From Thalia democratica (Eukaryota), in the NCBI GenBank assembly GCA_965202585.1, contig OZ241832.1:52328001-52392000 (forward strand): a DNA stretch of 64,000 nt, given 5' to 3'. The position numbers and the translations under genes are program-made. Shown here in pieces: positions 10,688 to 25,023 of this stretch. Positions within the stretch are counted from its first letter, which is position 1. Each line of letters starts with the position of its first letter. The notes below the pieces were generated by a model. The model was not told the DNA's origin, made no database searches, and saw only the letters and a program-made list of their open reading frames with translations.

Positions 10688-13399
10688 AGGGGTATGTTAA
10701 AAAATTATTTTGGTAACCTTTAAAACGATCCCAAACTGTGTTTAAAGTTCACAAAAAGATTTTGGTTGAGTTGTCTCACTCCGAAAGCTAGCCACCAAAA
10801 ATTTTTGATTAGAGAATTGTCAAACATTTTGTGGGTTAAAATTTGCTGACTTAGCAAAAGTAAAAAAATTTTTTGTCTTTTTATTTACTTTTAACACTAA
10901 AACTTATTTTTTTGTTATAATTTTGGATAATTTGGGTTAGGGATAAGGGAATAGATTTTAAAAACATTAAAAAATGATTTTCTTATGCTTTTGAAAATTT
11001 TGCAGACTCAGCATTTTGCAAGTTGGCAATTTTACTTGCATGTTTTTCAAGCTACCCCTAATACCCATAGTAGTAATTGTATTTTGTTTTTAGTCTTCAA
11101 AGAATTTCCTAATGTAAAACTTAACTTTGTGATGATATGCGTTAAGTGTCATTTAAATATATATTTTTATTTTAACTGAATGAAAAACAAATAGAGTATA
11201 CTCAATACCAATAGTTTGGCAAGACATTGCAGTTAACTTAGTTTTTCATTAGGTGTTTTGCTCTGTGTATACAAAGTCATAAAATGCAGTAAAGATAAAA
11301 CTTGTTCATGAGTGTTACAGAACATTGGTAAAGTTTTCTGACAAGAAGAGAGGTGAAAAATATAATACCTGAATGTTTTTTCGAATCAATGCATACTCTA
11401 TTTTACGTCATAGCTAATGTGAAATATTTGGAAACCTGGAGGGTGTAAAAATGGTTAAAGAAGATTTATAACTTCAAAATAAATATGACACAGTTTTCTA
11501 AAATAGGATATTGCTCATCATTTGATCATAGAAAATATCAAAAGAAAAGAAAAGTTTAAAAATCTAATAATCCATGATATGAACACTTTGCAAGCATCTT
11601 CTAATACTAACAGTTATATGTAGAAGCAATAGTTATTTGCCAATTACTAAACAAATAATGATAAGTAACAACTCAACTATTATATACTTTAATGATGGAT
11701 CTGGAATGAGTGGAGTTGGCAATTTCGTGGTTCAATCTGTCACAATTTTATGGAAAGCAACGGACTTTACTAACCATGAGCATTTTTACAGATTCTTGTG
11801 ACAGCTTAGCTGACTTTGAGAAATCAAAAGTAAAAATACTATCAGCTGCCACAGGCTACAAATATTCTGCAAAATTCATAGTTGAAAAAGTTAATTCTGT
11901 AATGACTGATATCACTAACCATAAGTCTATAAGTGTTTGACTCTGTTTGTCAATATCTGGGAGCTTAGCCTTCCCCTACCTCTGTGACCTTTAAAATGCA
12001 TGTGTTAATGACGTCCCAACAAAAAGCTCAAAAAGTATTTCAGGATATTCATGATGGTCTGGGACATGCTAAAATAAAAGATTGTTTCCTGGTCAACATT
12101 GTTTTCAAAAGTGTCCTTACAAAAATAAGCATCTTTGCATTGAAGGCAGATTGACTAAAAGTGCATTATATCATTAAAATCAAGCTCTTCAATTTTCAAG
12201 TTTAAAAGCGTAGGAAGAAACTTGATGTCTGATGAGTATGGTCCAACCTAATCTCAAACTTAGATAACCTACATTCACAAATATCAATTACAGTCTTACA
12301 AAAAGTTCTTACAGCATTAAATCAGGAAAATTTATCTAAAAGGCAAACAAATTCAACATCTTTCACGCCAAGTGATTATGTTGCTGTATTTTGAATTGAT
12401 AGTACAGGTAAGTATGAGTGGCATTTAGCTGATGTGGTAGAAATTTGCAGTAATGACACCTTTCTACTATCATATTTCAAAAAGATTGATCACAGCAAAG
12501 AAGGTCAGATTTGGATATCTCCTGAAGTGCCTGAGGTTATTAAGTTAGACAAGTATCAGATCATTAGTGAAAGCATTGATATTCCATACTTTCATTCAAG
12601 TCGAATAAAATGTTGTATAAATAATGAAGCCATTATAAGCTTAAACAAAGCATTTGAAAATAAAAGTGAATATGATTAAATTTTATAACCATTTTAGAAA
12701 CCTACATTATTATTATTTTGTTACTTTTTTTGTGTAAATATTCCTGACCTTGGACAATTTTTGCCAAGCAGTGCTTCTGAAATGGGGTTCCGCGACGCCT
12801 CTCAGGGGTTCCGCGAAGCCTTTTAAATTTAAAAAAAAGAACATTTATTTAATTAAACATTTTATGTAAAATTAAAATTAGGGGTTTCGCAGAAAAATTG
12901 AACTTTGGAAAAGGGTTCCGCCACTAGAAAAAGGTTCAGAAGCACTGTTCTAAAGGTTAGCTTTGAGGTAGGTCAACCCAACCAAATTTTTTTTGTGACT
13001 TTTAAATACAATTTACAATAGAAAGAGTAAGTTTTCCATAAGAAAATTCTTTGAAGAACGGAAACAGCAAAGTTTTAAAAAATAAAAGAAAATCATTTTT
13101 TTAGGATTTTTTAATCTATGCCCTTTTCCCTAACCCAACTTATCCAAAAATATAACAAAAAAATAAGTTTTAGTTTTAAATGTAAAAAAAAACATGAAAA
13201 ATATTTTAAAAGTTTGCTGACTCAGCAAATTTCACTCAAAAAATTTTCAACAATTCTCTAATCTAAAATCTTTGGTGGTTAGCTTTTGGAGTGAGACAAC
13301 TCAATCAAAACTTTTTTGTGAGCTTTAAACACAACTTGCAACCGTTTTAGAAGGATACCAAAGTTGTACTCTAAAAAATCAAAAACGACATACCCCCTA
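10688..13399 (+). mobile_element. Decayed Kolobok-like DNA transposon with ~300-bp TIRs and transposase remnants
   Basis: TTAA|AGGGGTATGT at left and ACATACCCCCT(A)|TTAA at right; 10688-10980 is an inverted copy of about 13110-13398; frameshifted peptides DGSGMSGVGNF / GKQRTLLTMSIF...VMTDITNH (about 11695-11940) and ORF 12434-12679. Superfamily assignment is from recalled TIR/TSD pattern. Confidence 0.65.
12769..12947. mobile_element. hAT (Charlie-type) MITE nested in the Kolobok-like element
   Basis: TIRs CAGTGCTTCTGAA...TTCAGAAGCACTG; internal GGGGTTCCGCG repeats; 8-bp flanks only partly match (TTGCCAAG / TTCTAAAG). Confidence 0.7.
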
Positions 13400-14308
13400 T
13401 TAAGAGCAGTTAAAACTTGTTCCTGCAAATATTACAAAATTAATTAACCATGATAAAAATATATTAATAAATAATTCTAATCCAACAGGTTTGACTAAAA
13501 GAGATTTAAAATTACAAGGATTAAATAAATAAAATTAAAGTTTAAAAGCAGTTTCAAAATTAGATTTAATATTCTTAAAAAGGAAAAATAAACAATTACA
13601 GAATCAAAAAGTGATTTAGTCTTAAACCCTGTTTTAAAGCTACACATGTAGGAACCGGCAGGGTTGACACTTTTTGAGGCAAAAAAGTCAGCCTGAATTA
13701 CATCAAACTGACCTGGGTTTATACAAAAATTGAACATAAAATAAGTATAATAAAAAAAATTATTAGTATAAAAATTTATTCATCAAGCCTAAAAAGTTTT
13801 TAAACTACATGAGTTATCCTGATTAGCTAAAGTGTGTGGCAACTCTGACTTTATACTATGCTATGATGAAGTTTTGTAGTATATAAAAATTTCAATGCTC
13901 CAGTGAGAAAGTCTTATTCTAGAAACTTTATTATACAATTAGGTACATATATTAAGATGCTGATTAAATGTTATAAAAGGAAAAACACATACCAAAACTA
14001 TCACCTTAATAACTGGAAGAAAACTTTCTTTTGTTTTTGGAAATTTAATAAATTATGCTAAAAAACTAAAATTAAGAATGAAATTAACACATCAATTATG
14101 AGTAATTTACTTAAAATCGAAGCTATTACACTGTTTTCCAGCAAGTCTAAATTGCACAAACAAAAGACATATGACATGAAAAAGTTTTTTTTAACTCAAA
14201 AATTATGTTGTTAAATTTAAGTTATCATCTTTCTTGATTACTACTATGTTGATTAGTATTTAAGTTTTCAAAAATGATAACTACAGTAAATATAAATTTA
14301 AATTGATT

Positions 14309-14709
14309 CATGGTTGTCAAAGGTTTCCTTTTCCCAGTTTTTTAAAAGTAATGTAAATATTGTTTAAAATTTCGGGTTTTTTAGTGATTTTTGTTCTTAA
14401 TTCAAGTTTTTTTTTTTTAATTTCTCCAATTCCAGGTTTTCCAGGCTTTTTTAGCCTAAATTGTCAAATTCCAGGATTTTCCAGTAAAAACATATTGAAA
14501 GGATAAGTTAAATGTGTTTTATTAAAAATAAAACTCTATATGATAAAAAATAAAACTATTGTATATGATATATTTTCATAACTAGTCAAAATTTCATTAT
14601 TTCAATGTAAAGTTAGTTCAAAATTCAATGTTTTTTCAGGCATTTTTCAGGCTTGTTTTTTTGATTAAATTGTTAATTACAGGTTTTTCCAGGTTTTTTG
14701 GTGAACCTG
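14309..14709. mobile_element. Degenerate TTCCAGG-family MITE(s)
   Basis: CATGGTTGTCAA start, many TTCCAGGTTTT motifs, GGTGAACCTG end. Confidence 0.5.
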
Positions 14710-15542
14710 TTATGATAAAATATACTTTTTGATAAAATCTAATTCACATTTTACTTTGTTCTATTGTAAGTTTATTTTGAAAATAGTTGAATATTTTACA
14801 TAGATCAAGAGCTTTACCTCTTTTAATAAGTTTCCCTTTTTTTTTAATACAATTTTTTTATCCTTTTTTGTCACAAAAATAAATTTCAATTAAAAAAGTT
14901 ATTTGTAATAGAAAACTACTGAAAGTGCATTCTAGTGTCACTTAAAGTGTGTTTTAAAACAAATAAAACTTTAAATAACACACAAACATTTTATTTTAAT
15001 AATTGTTGTTTATTATCAGAACTAAACTTCTTTATTTTCCATATAAAAATTGTTAAAAAGTTTTTTTTTTTAATAATTTAAAACAAATTCTAGGATCTTT
15101 TTAGCTAAACTTTCAGTTAACAGGTTTTTCAGGTGAAATCATTACTCTGCATGGTATTATAAATTTTATATACTTAAAAACTGATCATCTTATAGCTCTT
15201 TTTATTTGTTACCCTTCATAATCTTTAAATTTTATATTTGAAATAAATGATGAACTAAAACTAGAATAAGCACAGACCCAGGCAATAAAAACTAGCTGGA
15301 AACACTATAATCTAACATTAAGAATCTCAGTAACTACAAACTTAGTTTCATTAAACAATTTAAGATTTTGTATTAGGTTTTTGCTAAAGCAAAAATATTT
15401 GGTGATCTCTAGTTAAACTAATCACACATTTTCACTTTTGAAATCTTCAGTTTTTTCAGTTTCGTACTAAATTGATTTACATTACCAGGACCTAAAAATG
15501 TTTTTATAACAGAAAACAACAATCATACATTTTAAGAAATAT

Positions 15543-17393
15543 CAGGGTTGCCACTCTTTAAGCCAAAAAATCTTCCCTGAGTGACCAAAAATTTCCCTGA
15601 GTAACCTTAAATTTCCCTGAGTTTCCCTGAGTATTTTTCAAATCTTAAAAAAAAAAAAATTCTCTTCTAACACAAATTATTAATACCTCATTCTCATTTT
15701 TCTTCTTTAATAATAAAAGGAAGGTTGTATGTGTATGCTTCTGCATTAAATTTATGAAAAAAACTGTTTTCAAAAACTCAATCTTAAAAGGTTTAAACCA
15801 ATTAAAAATAAAAAACTAAATTTTTGCACAACTTTGTGTAAACTTGTTAATTAACTTTCTACATAAAAGAATAAAGTTTAATTTGTTTGACATTTTAATT
15901 GACAAAATTTAATTATACTATAATAATATTTTCACATGAAGAACTCACTTAAATGCATACATAATAACTTCATTATGACTTGTATGTCTTTCCTAGCAAC
16001 TGTTCTGAATGCAGTAAATAAAACTTAAAAGCTTAACATTATTGTAAAAAAACCTGCAAAAAGAAAGTTTAAAGAAATAGCTAAAGAAATATCTCATATC
16101 AAAGTACAACTTAATACCTAACAACTGATACAAAATAATCTAAATTTTTTTTTTTTTATGTCCTTTAGATGTTCATACACAATCTATTTTAAATAACTGA
16201 AAACATAATTTTGATTTTAAAACAATTTCACATTACCTAATAAAAAAATCTTAATACTGTTTTTTTAAGTATGCAATTTCTAAATCAATAGTTTTAATTT
16301 TATTTTCAAGTTTATTTGCGTTGTCCTTAGCAGCTATTCCTCTTGCTAATAATTCTTTCATTGCTTCTAAATCAGACTGTTTGTTGGCATCTGCAGTATA
16401 TTTGTCATAGTCTTCATTCAAACATTTGAGTTGCTTTGTAAGTTTACTTTTTTGTTCTCCTAACTTGCTCAAAGCATCACCTTTATTTGGAACATTTTTA
16501 GCAAAGCGCTGTTGCTCAAGATATGCCAAATACTGGGCCCTAGAAGATTTTACAAATTTTAACAATTCAGAACTTATTTCAACTGTGCTTGGTTCTAGAC
16601 TGTTTGCATATAGATGATCTTTGATCATTCTTCGGGACCTTATTGTCATCTCTCCCATATTAGTTGATATTACTTCCTTATTTAAGCTAAAGCCCCGTTC
16701 AACACTTGCCTGGCCATTGTGAAGCACAAAAACAGCCTCAAGGACTCTTGATTTATTTATTATTATTATTATTTATATTATTTTATTATTTATAAACAAA
16801 AATTTAACCTCTATTTTTTAACAAAAGTAATACAACACTAATCTGTATTCATTTTAATTTTTTTTACTGAAAACAAGTAGTTGTAAACAAATAACAAATA
16901 ACTTTATTATTTAAAAAATAAGAACTAATAGTACAACATAGTGTTTTTTAAACTACATAAGTAACTAAAAATAAAAAGTTTATTAGAACTTTTCAATGAA
17001 TAGTTAACAACAACTTTCATTTCTCTAAACTGTTTGATTTTACTTAAGTAAATATAAAATTAAAACTTAAAAAAAACTACAATGTTAATACTAAGAATAT
17101 TGAAGAACTAGCCGCAAGGCTAAGAAAATTCTAAATAACCACTTAAATAATAAAAATTACTACTTTTGAACAAAATATTGAAACTGGATTAACTAAACCT
17201 CATTCTAGATCTAGAAAAAAATTTCCCTGAGATTTTCAAAAACTTCCCTGAAATTTAGAGAAAAAATCAAAACTTCCCTGAGTTTCCCTGAGTTAAAAGA
17301 AAAATGCCAAAATTCCCTGAGTTTCCCTGAGATTTTCTATAGTTTGAAAATTCCCTGAGATTCCCTGAGTTCCCTGAGTGTGTGGCAACCCTG
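15543..17393 (-). mobile_element. Internally deleted hAT-like transposon (6-bp TSD) carrying the transposase C-terminus
   Basis: Same TIRs and TTCCCTGAG subterminal arrays as 2803-3296; exact TSD AAATAT at 15537-15542 and 17394-17399. Confidence 0.88.
16251..16750 (-). pseudogene. hAT-like transposase C-terminal (dimerisation-domain) fragment
   Basis: VFVLHNGQASVERGFSLNK followed by a coiled tail resembles the hAT S-x-A-x-x-E-R-x-F-S motif; no N-terminus or catalytic core present. Confidence 0.7.
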
Positions 17394-17662
17394 AAATATT
17401 ATTTAAACTGTTATTGCTGAATTATTTTAACTAATTGTTATCTTTATGTCACTTTATTAATGTCATTGCATGCAAACAACTTTAAATTTAGATTTTACTT
17501 ACACCAACCTTATTAGAAAATAAATGTTTATGGTAAGTTAGAATATTTTGTATGTATAGTGATATTCAGTTCTTTTACAAAGAAAAAATCAACTTAAATT
17601 AAACTATTGCCAGCTTGTAAAAATTTTTAAGAATGTCAGTTTTAAAGTATTTATAATTAAAA

Positions 17663-17918
17663 CAGGGTTTCCAAATTATTTTGAGAAGTTTCTTCCAGGT
17701 TTTTAAATTTTGGGTCTATTTTTAGTTTAAAGCCAAGTTTAAAGTTTTGATGATGACAAAAACCATTTATCTAAATGGTATATTTTTTGTGTCAGATTAA
17801 AATTCTACTACCTAACTTGACATGTAAAAATTATTTAAATTTCCAGGTTTTTAGTGATTTTGTTCAAAATTTCTTAAATTCCAGATATCCCAGGATTTGA
17901 GGTTTTTTAGCAACCCAG
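17663..17918. mobile_element. TTCCAGG-family MITE
   Basis: CAGGGTTTCCAAATTATTT start as at 7032; ends TAGCAACCCAG; no clear TSD. Confidence 0.7.
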
Positions 17919-18886
17919 TATTACCTAAATAGAAGAATAAACAAGTTTTCAAGAGATAGAATTTTGAAGTCTCTAAAATGTTCAACATATTTGTTAAAAT
18001 ATTTTTTAGGGAAGAAATTTAAAGTAGAAGAGTCTGTAAGACTGATTGGTTCAGAAGGGTTAAATACGAAAGGGTTGAAAATAAATATTTTAAAGCACAA
18101 ATTTCAATTAACTTGGTTTTAAATACTACCACAGACCAAAGACAATCTTATTAGTCAGTTTATTAAACACAAAAAAAAACAAAGGAAATTATTTAAAAAA
18201 TTCAGTGTAAAAACTTGGTGTACAAAAAGACGTTTTGGCCATTGAGAAATACCCACATACAATTACATTTCATTTACATACACCCAGCACTTTTTAAAAT
18301 TTGATGTTAAAGTACTAACTTGAGTTTTTTTTTTTGTAAAACCTGTGGGTTTCGATTTTGCAAAGTTCAACTTACAGAGTAATATTAAATACAAAATGTA
18401 AAAACTTATATTTTTTAAGCAATTATATTATATAACAACTAAATTACATCAAAATTTGAGCTATTGAAAAAAGTTATATTATTATCCATAGAGCATTTGT
18501 ACATAACTTTTCAATTTGATTGTACTAATTTTTTTGTGTATTTTTGCTATAACCAAAGGTTTTTTGGTACACCAGGTTGTTGACAAGCTATTTTAAAGCT
18601 TTGAGTACATAAACTGAACACTAATATAATTATTTAATTTAATAACACATTGTTAGAATTCAGTTTCAGTATTGTTGTTTGCTTTTTATTGATTTGGTAT
18701 TCAACTTTTCATAAATAATATGACAATTAAGTCCTTATAAAAAATACTGATCTTAACTAATAAACAGGATTTCAAAAAAAAACTATACCAATTTAAAAAT
18801 CAATTGAAAATTATTTATTAAAAAACATTTATCAACAGCGAATTTTTGCAGAAACTTAAAGTTTAAAGAGGAGTATTTGACTAGAT

Positions 18887-21800
18887 CAGGGGTCGGCAAA
18901 CTGCGGCCCGCGGGCCAATTGCGGCCCGCGAAGGGTAAATCTGCGGCCCGCGAGCATGTTTTTTTTTTGAATGGAATGCGGCCCGCGAAAGAAAATTTTG
19001 TGGCCCGCGAGCATGTAAATGTGGCCCGCTGTGCAAAATTATATTTCTAGTAAAATTTTTTCGGCAACTCGATTTAACTTGATTAGTTTGATTTTAAGTC
19101 TCTTTATAACATTTCGAAATAATTTTAAGTAATTACTGCTTTAGATTAAAAATGTGAAAAAGACAGATTAGCGTTCTACCAGGATATGTTTCTCTGTTTC
19201 ATAATTACTTCTTTTTTACAACAGTAAGTAACTATCTGAAAAAAGAGTGTCAAGAGTGCTTGTATTTAATAAGTTGGTTATATAATACCTATTTATTAAA
19301 TAAACTAAATGCAAATATTTTCAATTTTGTACAAAACTAATGCACAGTAATTAACTAAAGTGTCATTTCTCTATAGCTTAGATATTCTTTTTTAATATTT
19401 TTTATACCTCAGTTTCTTTTATAATTTTTTTACTTGTAAATGTTATATTTTGGTGTGAATACATTTAAAATAACATAGTAATAAGAAATAAGGTTCATTT
19501 GATTTTTGTTTTGACACATTTTAATTTTTTATAAGTTTTCTATGCACACCAACTTAAAAAAATGCTCATATTTTAAACCACTTTTTATTTAATACTTTAG
19601 TTAGAGTTTAAGTTTAGTTTATGCATTATTTTCTAGCATTGTTATTTATACATGTCATATCTGAGTTTGTACAGACACATTTAAAACAATATATATGACA
19701 TAAGTTAAAATAGTTTTTGTTAGGTATACATTCCATTTTTCAAACATTGTTTTTTTCAAGCTAAGTTAATTTTTATGCCTTGCATATAAATACACACAAT
19801 TGCTGTTTTTTCGAGCTACCTATTTAATATAAACTAGATATAGGGATGGTAAATTTATAAAGTTTGTACATTGTTAATTAAAATAGTTCAAATTCAAGCA
19901 AATAAACAACTAAACATTGCCACACACTCAGACTATCACTATTTGAAGACTTCAAATCTCAGGCCAATTAAGCCATTTTTTTAAGTTTTTGGGTGGAATT
20001 GCTTTTTGTATACAAAAATATCAGGAATGTTTTTGTTGACTCAGGCTAGCTTTTTTGCTTGAAAGAGCGGTAAATTAAACTTATGATGTATGTTTTGCTC
20101 AATGCACAGTGTTTGTTTGAGTTTTAATATATGTTAAATTTTAAGTCTTGTAGCTGATATAATTCAAAATATTATTTACACTATTGTGTACATTAAAGAA
20201 AGAACAATAAGTGTTGCCAAAGTAGTTGAATCCCGGAAAAGCTTTGAATTTGTGAATTTACGGTTAAAAATTCAAGAAAAAAACTCGAATTTGAGAATTT
20301 TTGAAAAAACCTGGAATTTCAAACAATTTTTACATTTAAAGTAATGAAATTTCGATTTGACTCCAAAAAAATTACCAAATAAATGTTTTTTTATTAAAAA
20401 GTATATTATAGTAGCTTAACAGTATTTTTTAATATTGATAAATGTTTTAAGACATTTTTTTAAACTTTAATTAAACTTTATACTATAAATAAAAGAAGGA
20501 ATTGTACTTCAAAAAACTCCGTATTGGTACGTTGCACCTTTATTTGAAAAATCTTAACCGATTGTTGTGTTTCGTGTTGGAACTAAACCAAGAAATTCTA
20601 CTAAAATGTCAAAGTTAGTAAAAACATCTCTAATAAAAATTCTCAGATGAGCAATAGTTTTTCTATCAGTGCTCTCATGTTAACAGTTTGATTAAAGTCC
20701 TAATTTGATTTATGCGAATTTATAACCTTAATGCATTTTCTAAACACGACTTCATGTTGTCATTCAAGAAATAAACAAAACTTTTTCATTACCACCAACA
20801 TCAATTCTTTATAAAAGTTTTCAATTATAAACGATAACTCATTTTAGTTAGTAAGTTTTGCTACTTTATTACTTGCCTTTACAATTTTTTCTGATTATTC
20901 TGTAGTTACTGAAGATAATAAATGCTTTGTCGAAAATGACTTTAATGATTTTTTTTATTGTTTCTCGCAATAACTCCTAACTAACGCTTTTTTTTATTCT
21001 TGTAGCTCGTCTTATATTTTACAATTAATATTTTTAAATGCAATATTCTTATTGCGAATAAAGAATTGCTATCACGCTTAATAAAAAAAAATCTACTTCG
21101 CTAATGGCTCAATAAATTTTTATACTTTTGTTAAACTTGTTTAAGAAACTCAATTGTCCATTCCAGCTGACTTATATATTTTTGGCATGTAATTTATTTA
21201 CTGTTAATAACCTTTGTCATTTCTTTATGTAGTGAACTTTATATTAACTGGATTGCTACACAAACAGACAATTTTAAAAACTTAAAAACTCAGGTGTGTG
21301 TGAAGCTTTTATTTTGAACACATTAAAGAAATCTTCCAATTCTCAGAATAGTTTTTATGATTGTTGTGTAGTTTACTAGTTGCATTTTTTTCTTGTTTTC
21401 TTACACTTTGTGTACCTTTTGATTATGATGATATTTTAACTAGGTATTTAAGCTTGATTAACAACTATTTATTAGTTTTCTCAAATTTTTATAAATTTAA
21501 GCTGGTTTGATACATCTCAGACATTTTTGCTTTTTAGTGGCAACCATGTAAAAGTCTAATAACTAATAAAATATTTTATTAAAGTATTTGAGAATTAATT
21601 ATGTTAAATCATTTGTTTTATCTTTCTGGAATACAATCAGGTATTAATTTTGTTATGTTAACTAATTACTAAATTTCTTAATGAGTGTAAATTATTTAAC
21701 TCGCAAAAACTTTTTTCGAAGTAAATATTCTTAGAAATATGAAAAAGTGTTGATGACATAACAAATGTATAAAAGTAACCCATAAATTGTCTTTCAAGTT

Positions 21801-22147
21801 AGGTTTTGATAGAGAGTTAGGTTTAAGTAAAATAAATAAAGTATCAAGTTTAACTTATTAAGTGCTTATGAAAGTAGATATTTTATTAACAATATTAGTA
21901 CATATTTATTAAAGTATATTAGTCAATGTAAATCATAATCTAATAAATATTAATTTGAATAGGCATTCTATGTATAGCTAAAAGTCATTTTAAGTAATAA
22001 GGTGAATAAAAGTAAAACTTTTTTCTAGTGTGACTAAAACTAAAACCATAAGATTGTTCAAATGTCACTAAAACTAAAACTGCGGCCCGCGAAGACTTTA
22101 AAAACTTAAAATTTGGCCCGCGACCACCAACTGCCTGCCGACCCCTG
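18887..22147 (+). mobile_element. Non-autonomous/decayed hAT (Charlie-like) transposon, 3.26 kb, with a nested inverted MITE at about 20210-20480
   Basis: TIRs CAGGGGTCGGCA...TGCCGACCCCTG, subterminal GCGGCCCGC repeats at both ends, exact 8-bp TSD GACTAGAT (18879-18886, 22148-22155). Only faint transposase-like peptide traces inside. Confidence 0.9.
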
Positions 22148-24005
22148 GACTAGATCATGGTTTTCCAAAATTAAGCGATACCGCGTGAAAGAAAGTCATT
22201 GGTGCAGAGTTGTCTTTTTTAATCAATTTTATTTACAAAAATTACTCGAGCAGCACATTTTATAATAGAACTAACATATATTTAATGTTCAGTATTCAAT
22301 TCGCACATCAACCCTTTATTTTTGGTAACCCTGCATTGATAAAACATAAAGTTCTCTTTCAAACAAATATTTTTAAAAGTAAACTAAGTCGCCTCCAAAT
22401 ACTACCTTTGATTTAAAACTGCTAGAATAGCTATATTTTTTGATGTTTGTTCTCAGTTTTATCTAATGAAATAGTAAGACTAATCATAGTATAGTTTATT
22501 CAACAAAAACGAAAAATATTGCTCAAAAATTTTTTGGTTTAATGACCTGGTAACGCAAAAAGACCTTTCGGTCATCTAGTTTTTTATACAACTAATTTGT
22601 ATAAATGTTAATCAGACAATAAATTTTCATATTAACTGTTTTATGGAAACCTCTATTGTGATACAAAACTAAATTGTTTTTATTAATTAAAATTTAAACT
22701 TAAATAAATGCGCAAATATAATGTAAAAGACATCTTAAAATTTGCAAAACTAGTGATAAAAAAACAAAAGCCTTCAAAATTTTATAGGGCTTAATTACAG
22801 AGCTAAGCTTATCAAAGTGATTATTTTTTTTAACCTTTGAAATGAAATTTTATAATAAAAATATTATTCAAAAAAGTTTTAAGACTTAAGGACTTAAGTT
22901 ATTAAAATATTTTTTGTTTCGGATAAACTCGTAAATGGTTTCTTCGCTATTAACTTCAAAGCGGAGACTTTCATACAGTAATATTGTTTATTGAACAAAA
23001 AAATAAAGTACTCAAAATGTTTGGTCTTTGAACCTGGTGCAGGAAAAATCTTTTGATTATTGAGTCGCACACCACTAAACGTCGTGTCTAGGATAATACA
23101 ACATGAAGTTATGCTTTTGCGTGTGTTGTGCTAGCAAATAAACTTATATAAATTTACTTAGCACAGTTTTAATAACTATAGAATAACTGTTTTTAATTAA
23201 AATGATATAACTTATGCAAATACACTTTTTACTTTTAAGTGGTTATCATTAAATTATCCGTAACTGATCTATTTTACTACCATAAAATACTTTCACAAAA
23301 CATAAATAACAATTTTTACGTTTTAAATAAAACTTTTAAAAAGATATAATAAAGCCAACTAAATAGGTTATCTTTTTAAATAAAAGTAATACTTATCGAT
23401 GTATGAAGCTTTATATCAGAGTTAAAATACAAGTAACTTATTTTCAAAACTTTTCATATTAGAGGATTTTTCAGTCGACTTTTAGGGTAAAACAATCAAA
23501 AATCGGTTCAAAAAAAGTTTATGATAAACTTACTGGCATAGATGCCAAAAGTAGCTTAAACGCTGAAAATTTGTTCTAAATTCAGCTTTGTTTCACAAAA
23601 GCTGTAAAATTATCATAAAAACCTTTTAATCCGAACTTTAGAAAATACGCCAAATTTGAATCCCTCCAAATAATTTTTTCAAATATTATTTAGCTAAAGT
23701 TTATAAATTGTTGTCAAAATGGCAATATGACTGTTGAAACTAATAAAATATCATTATAGTTAGAAGGAATATGATAAACATTTTGATAGTTGAAATGACA
23801 CTTTCAGTTAATAAAAAAAAATTATGAAAACATGAACATATATAATATATCACAATAAATCTTTAAAGTAGCGAAACTTTGCTAGAATTTGCTTTATTAT
23901 AAACTAACTTGCTAGTATCAGCCCAACTTGATAATAGCTACATGCGAAAAAAACTGAATTTACAAAATTAATTTGCTAACACTAAGACATATATATAATT
24001 ATGTT

Positions 24006-24057
24006 TAACTGTACTTAGCAGGGGCGTGTTTTGACTGGTTTCCTGTTTCCTGTAGAC
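24006..24057 (+). promoter_or_regulatory. Putative Pol II promoter motifs at the head of array unit 1 (GC-box-like GGGGCGTG, tandem ETS-like TTCCTG; CRE palindrome TGACGTCA at about 24262)
   Basis: GCAGGGGCGTGTTTTGACTGGTTTCCTGTTTCCTGT is a rare GC-rich island, kept in unit 2 (about 29942-29978, TGACGTCA at about 30183). Confidence 0.4.
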
Positions 24058-25023
24058 CCCTTGATGTAAAAAAAAGGAAAAAGGAGAAAAAGATTCTTAG
24101 AATATAATTAAAAACGTTGTTTATTGACTTTGTTTTGGTTATTTAATAAACTTTGAATAATGAATGTTGAATTCATAACACTGAAAGATTATAAGTTTCC
24201 TTAACAAAAAAATGCTCATTTTTGCCCAGCTGAAATAGATTTTAAATAAAGTTTTAATTGTGACGTCATAATAAGTAAAAATTTTAAAGTTAATTTTTTT
24301 CTGGGAAACATTTCACTAAGATGCTTTTAGTTCCCACTATAAATTGTTGCTTGGTGTAAATAAATTTTGAACAAGTATTGTTTTTGAACTAATAAGTACA
24401 ATTTTACTTAAAAGATGTCCAATATAATCACTAAAGTTTTATTTTACTTAATTGATTGTTTATAATAATTTTGTGTTAAACTTTTGTACCTTAACATTTA
24501 TAATTTTTGTTTATGTGTCAACCAACTGGGTTTAAATCTTGAAAAGTTCAATTTTGAGCTTTTTCAAAATCATCTTTAGACCACTACACTACCTGGAAAT
24601 TTATTCTTTTATCGTTTAATGGTATTTAAATATTTTTATATTAGCTGTTTTATTTTTTTATATCTGTTGGCCACAAAGTTTGTTCTTATTCTTTTTTAAT
24701 TTTTAACTCAGAGAGATTTCAAAATTATCATAAGAAATCCTGCACTATCAGGCAAACATTTAATTACAATTTAAAGATATTTCAATTTAATTATATAATT
24801 TTACGATCGTTGTCAAACTGTTTTTTACCTGTAAAAAACTAATTGATGGCTAAAAATGCACATTTAGAGTAAATTAACTTTCATATAGTTTCGTGCAAAC
24901 TGAAATGAAGTTGTTGCTGTAATTCCTTTTTTGTACATAAGTAAGTGAAAGAATAAATAGTAGAAAGTTAACTGAATTTACTTTTTTTGCCTGGACGAAC
25001 TAAATCTGAGCTTTGATCAACAG

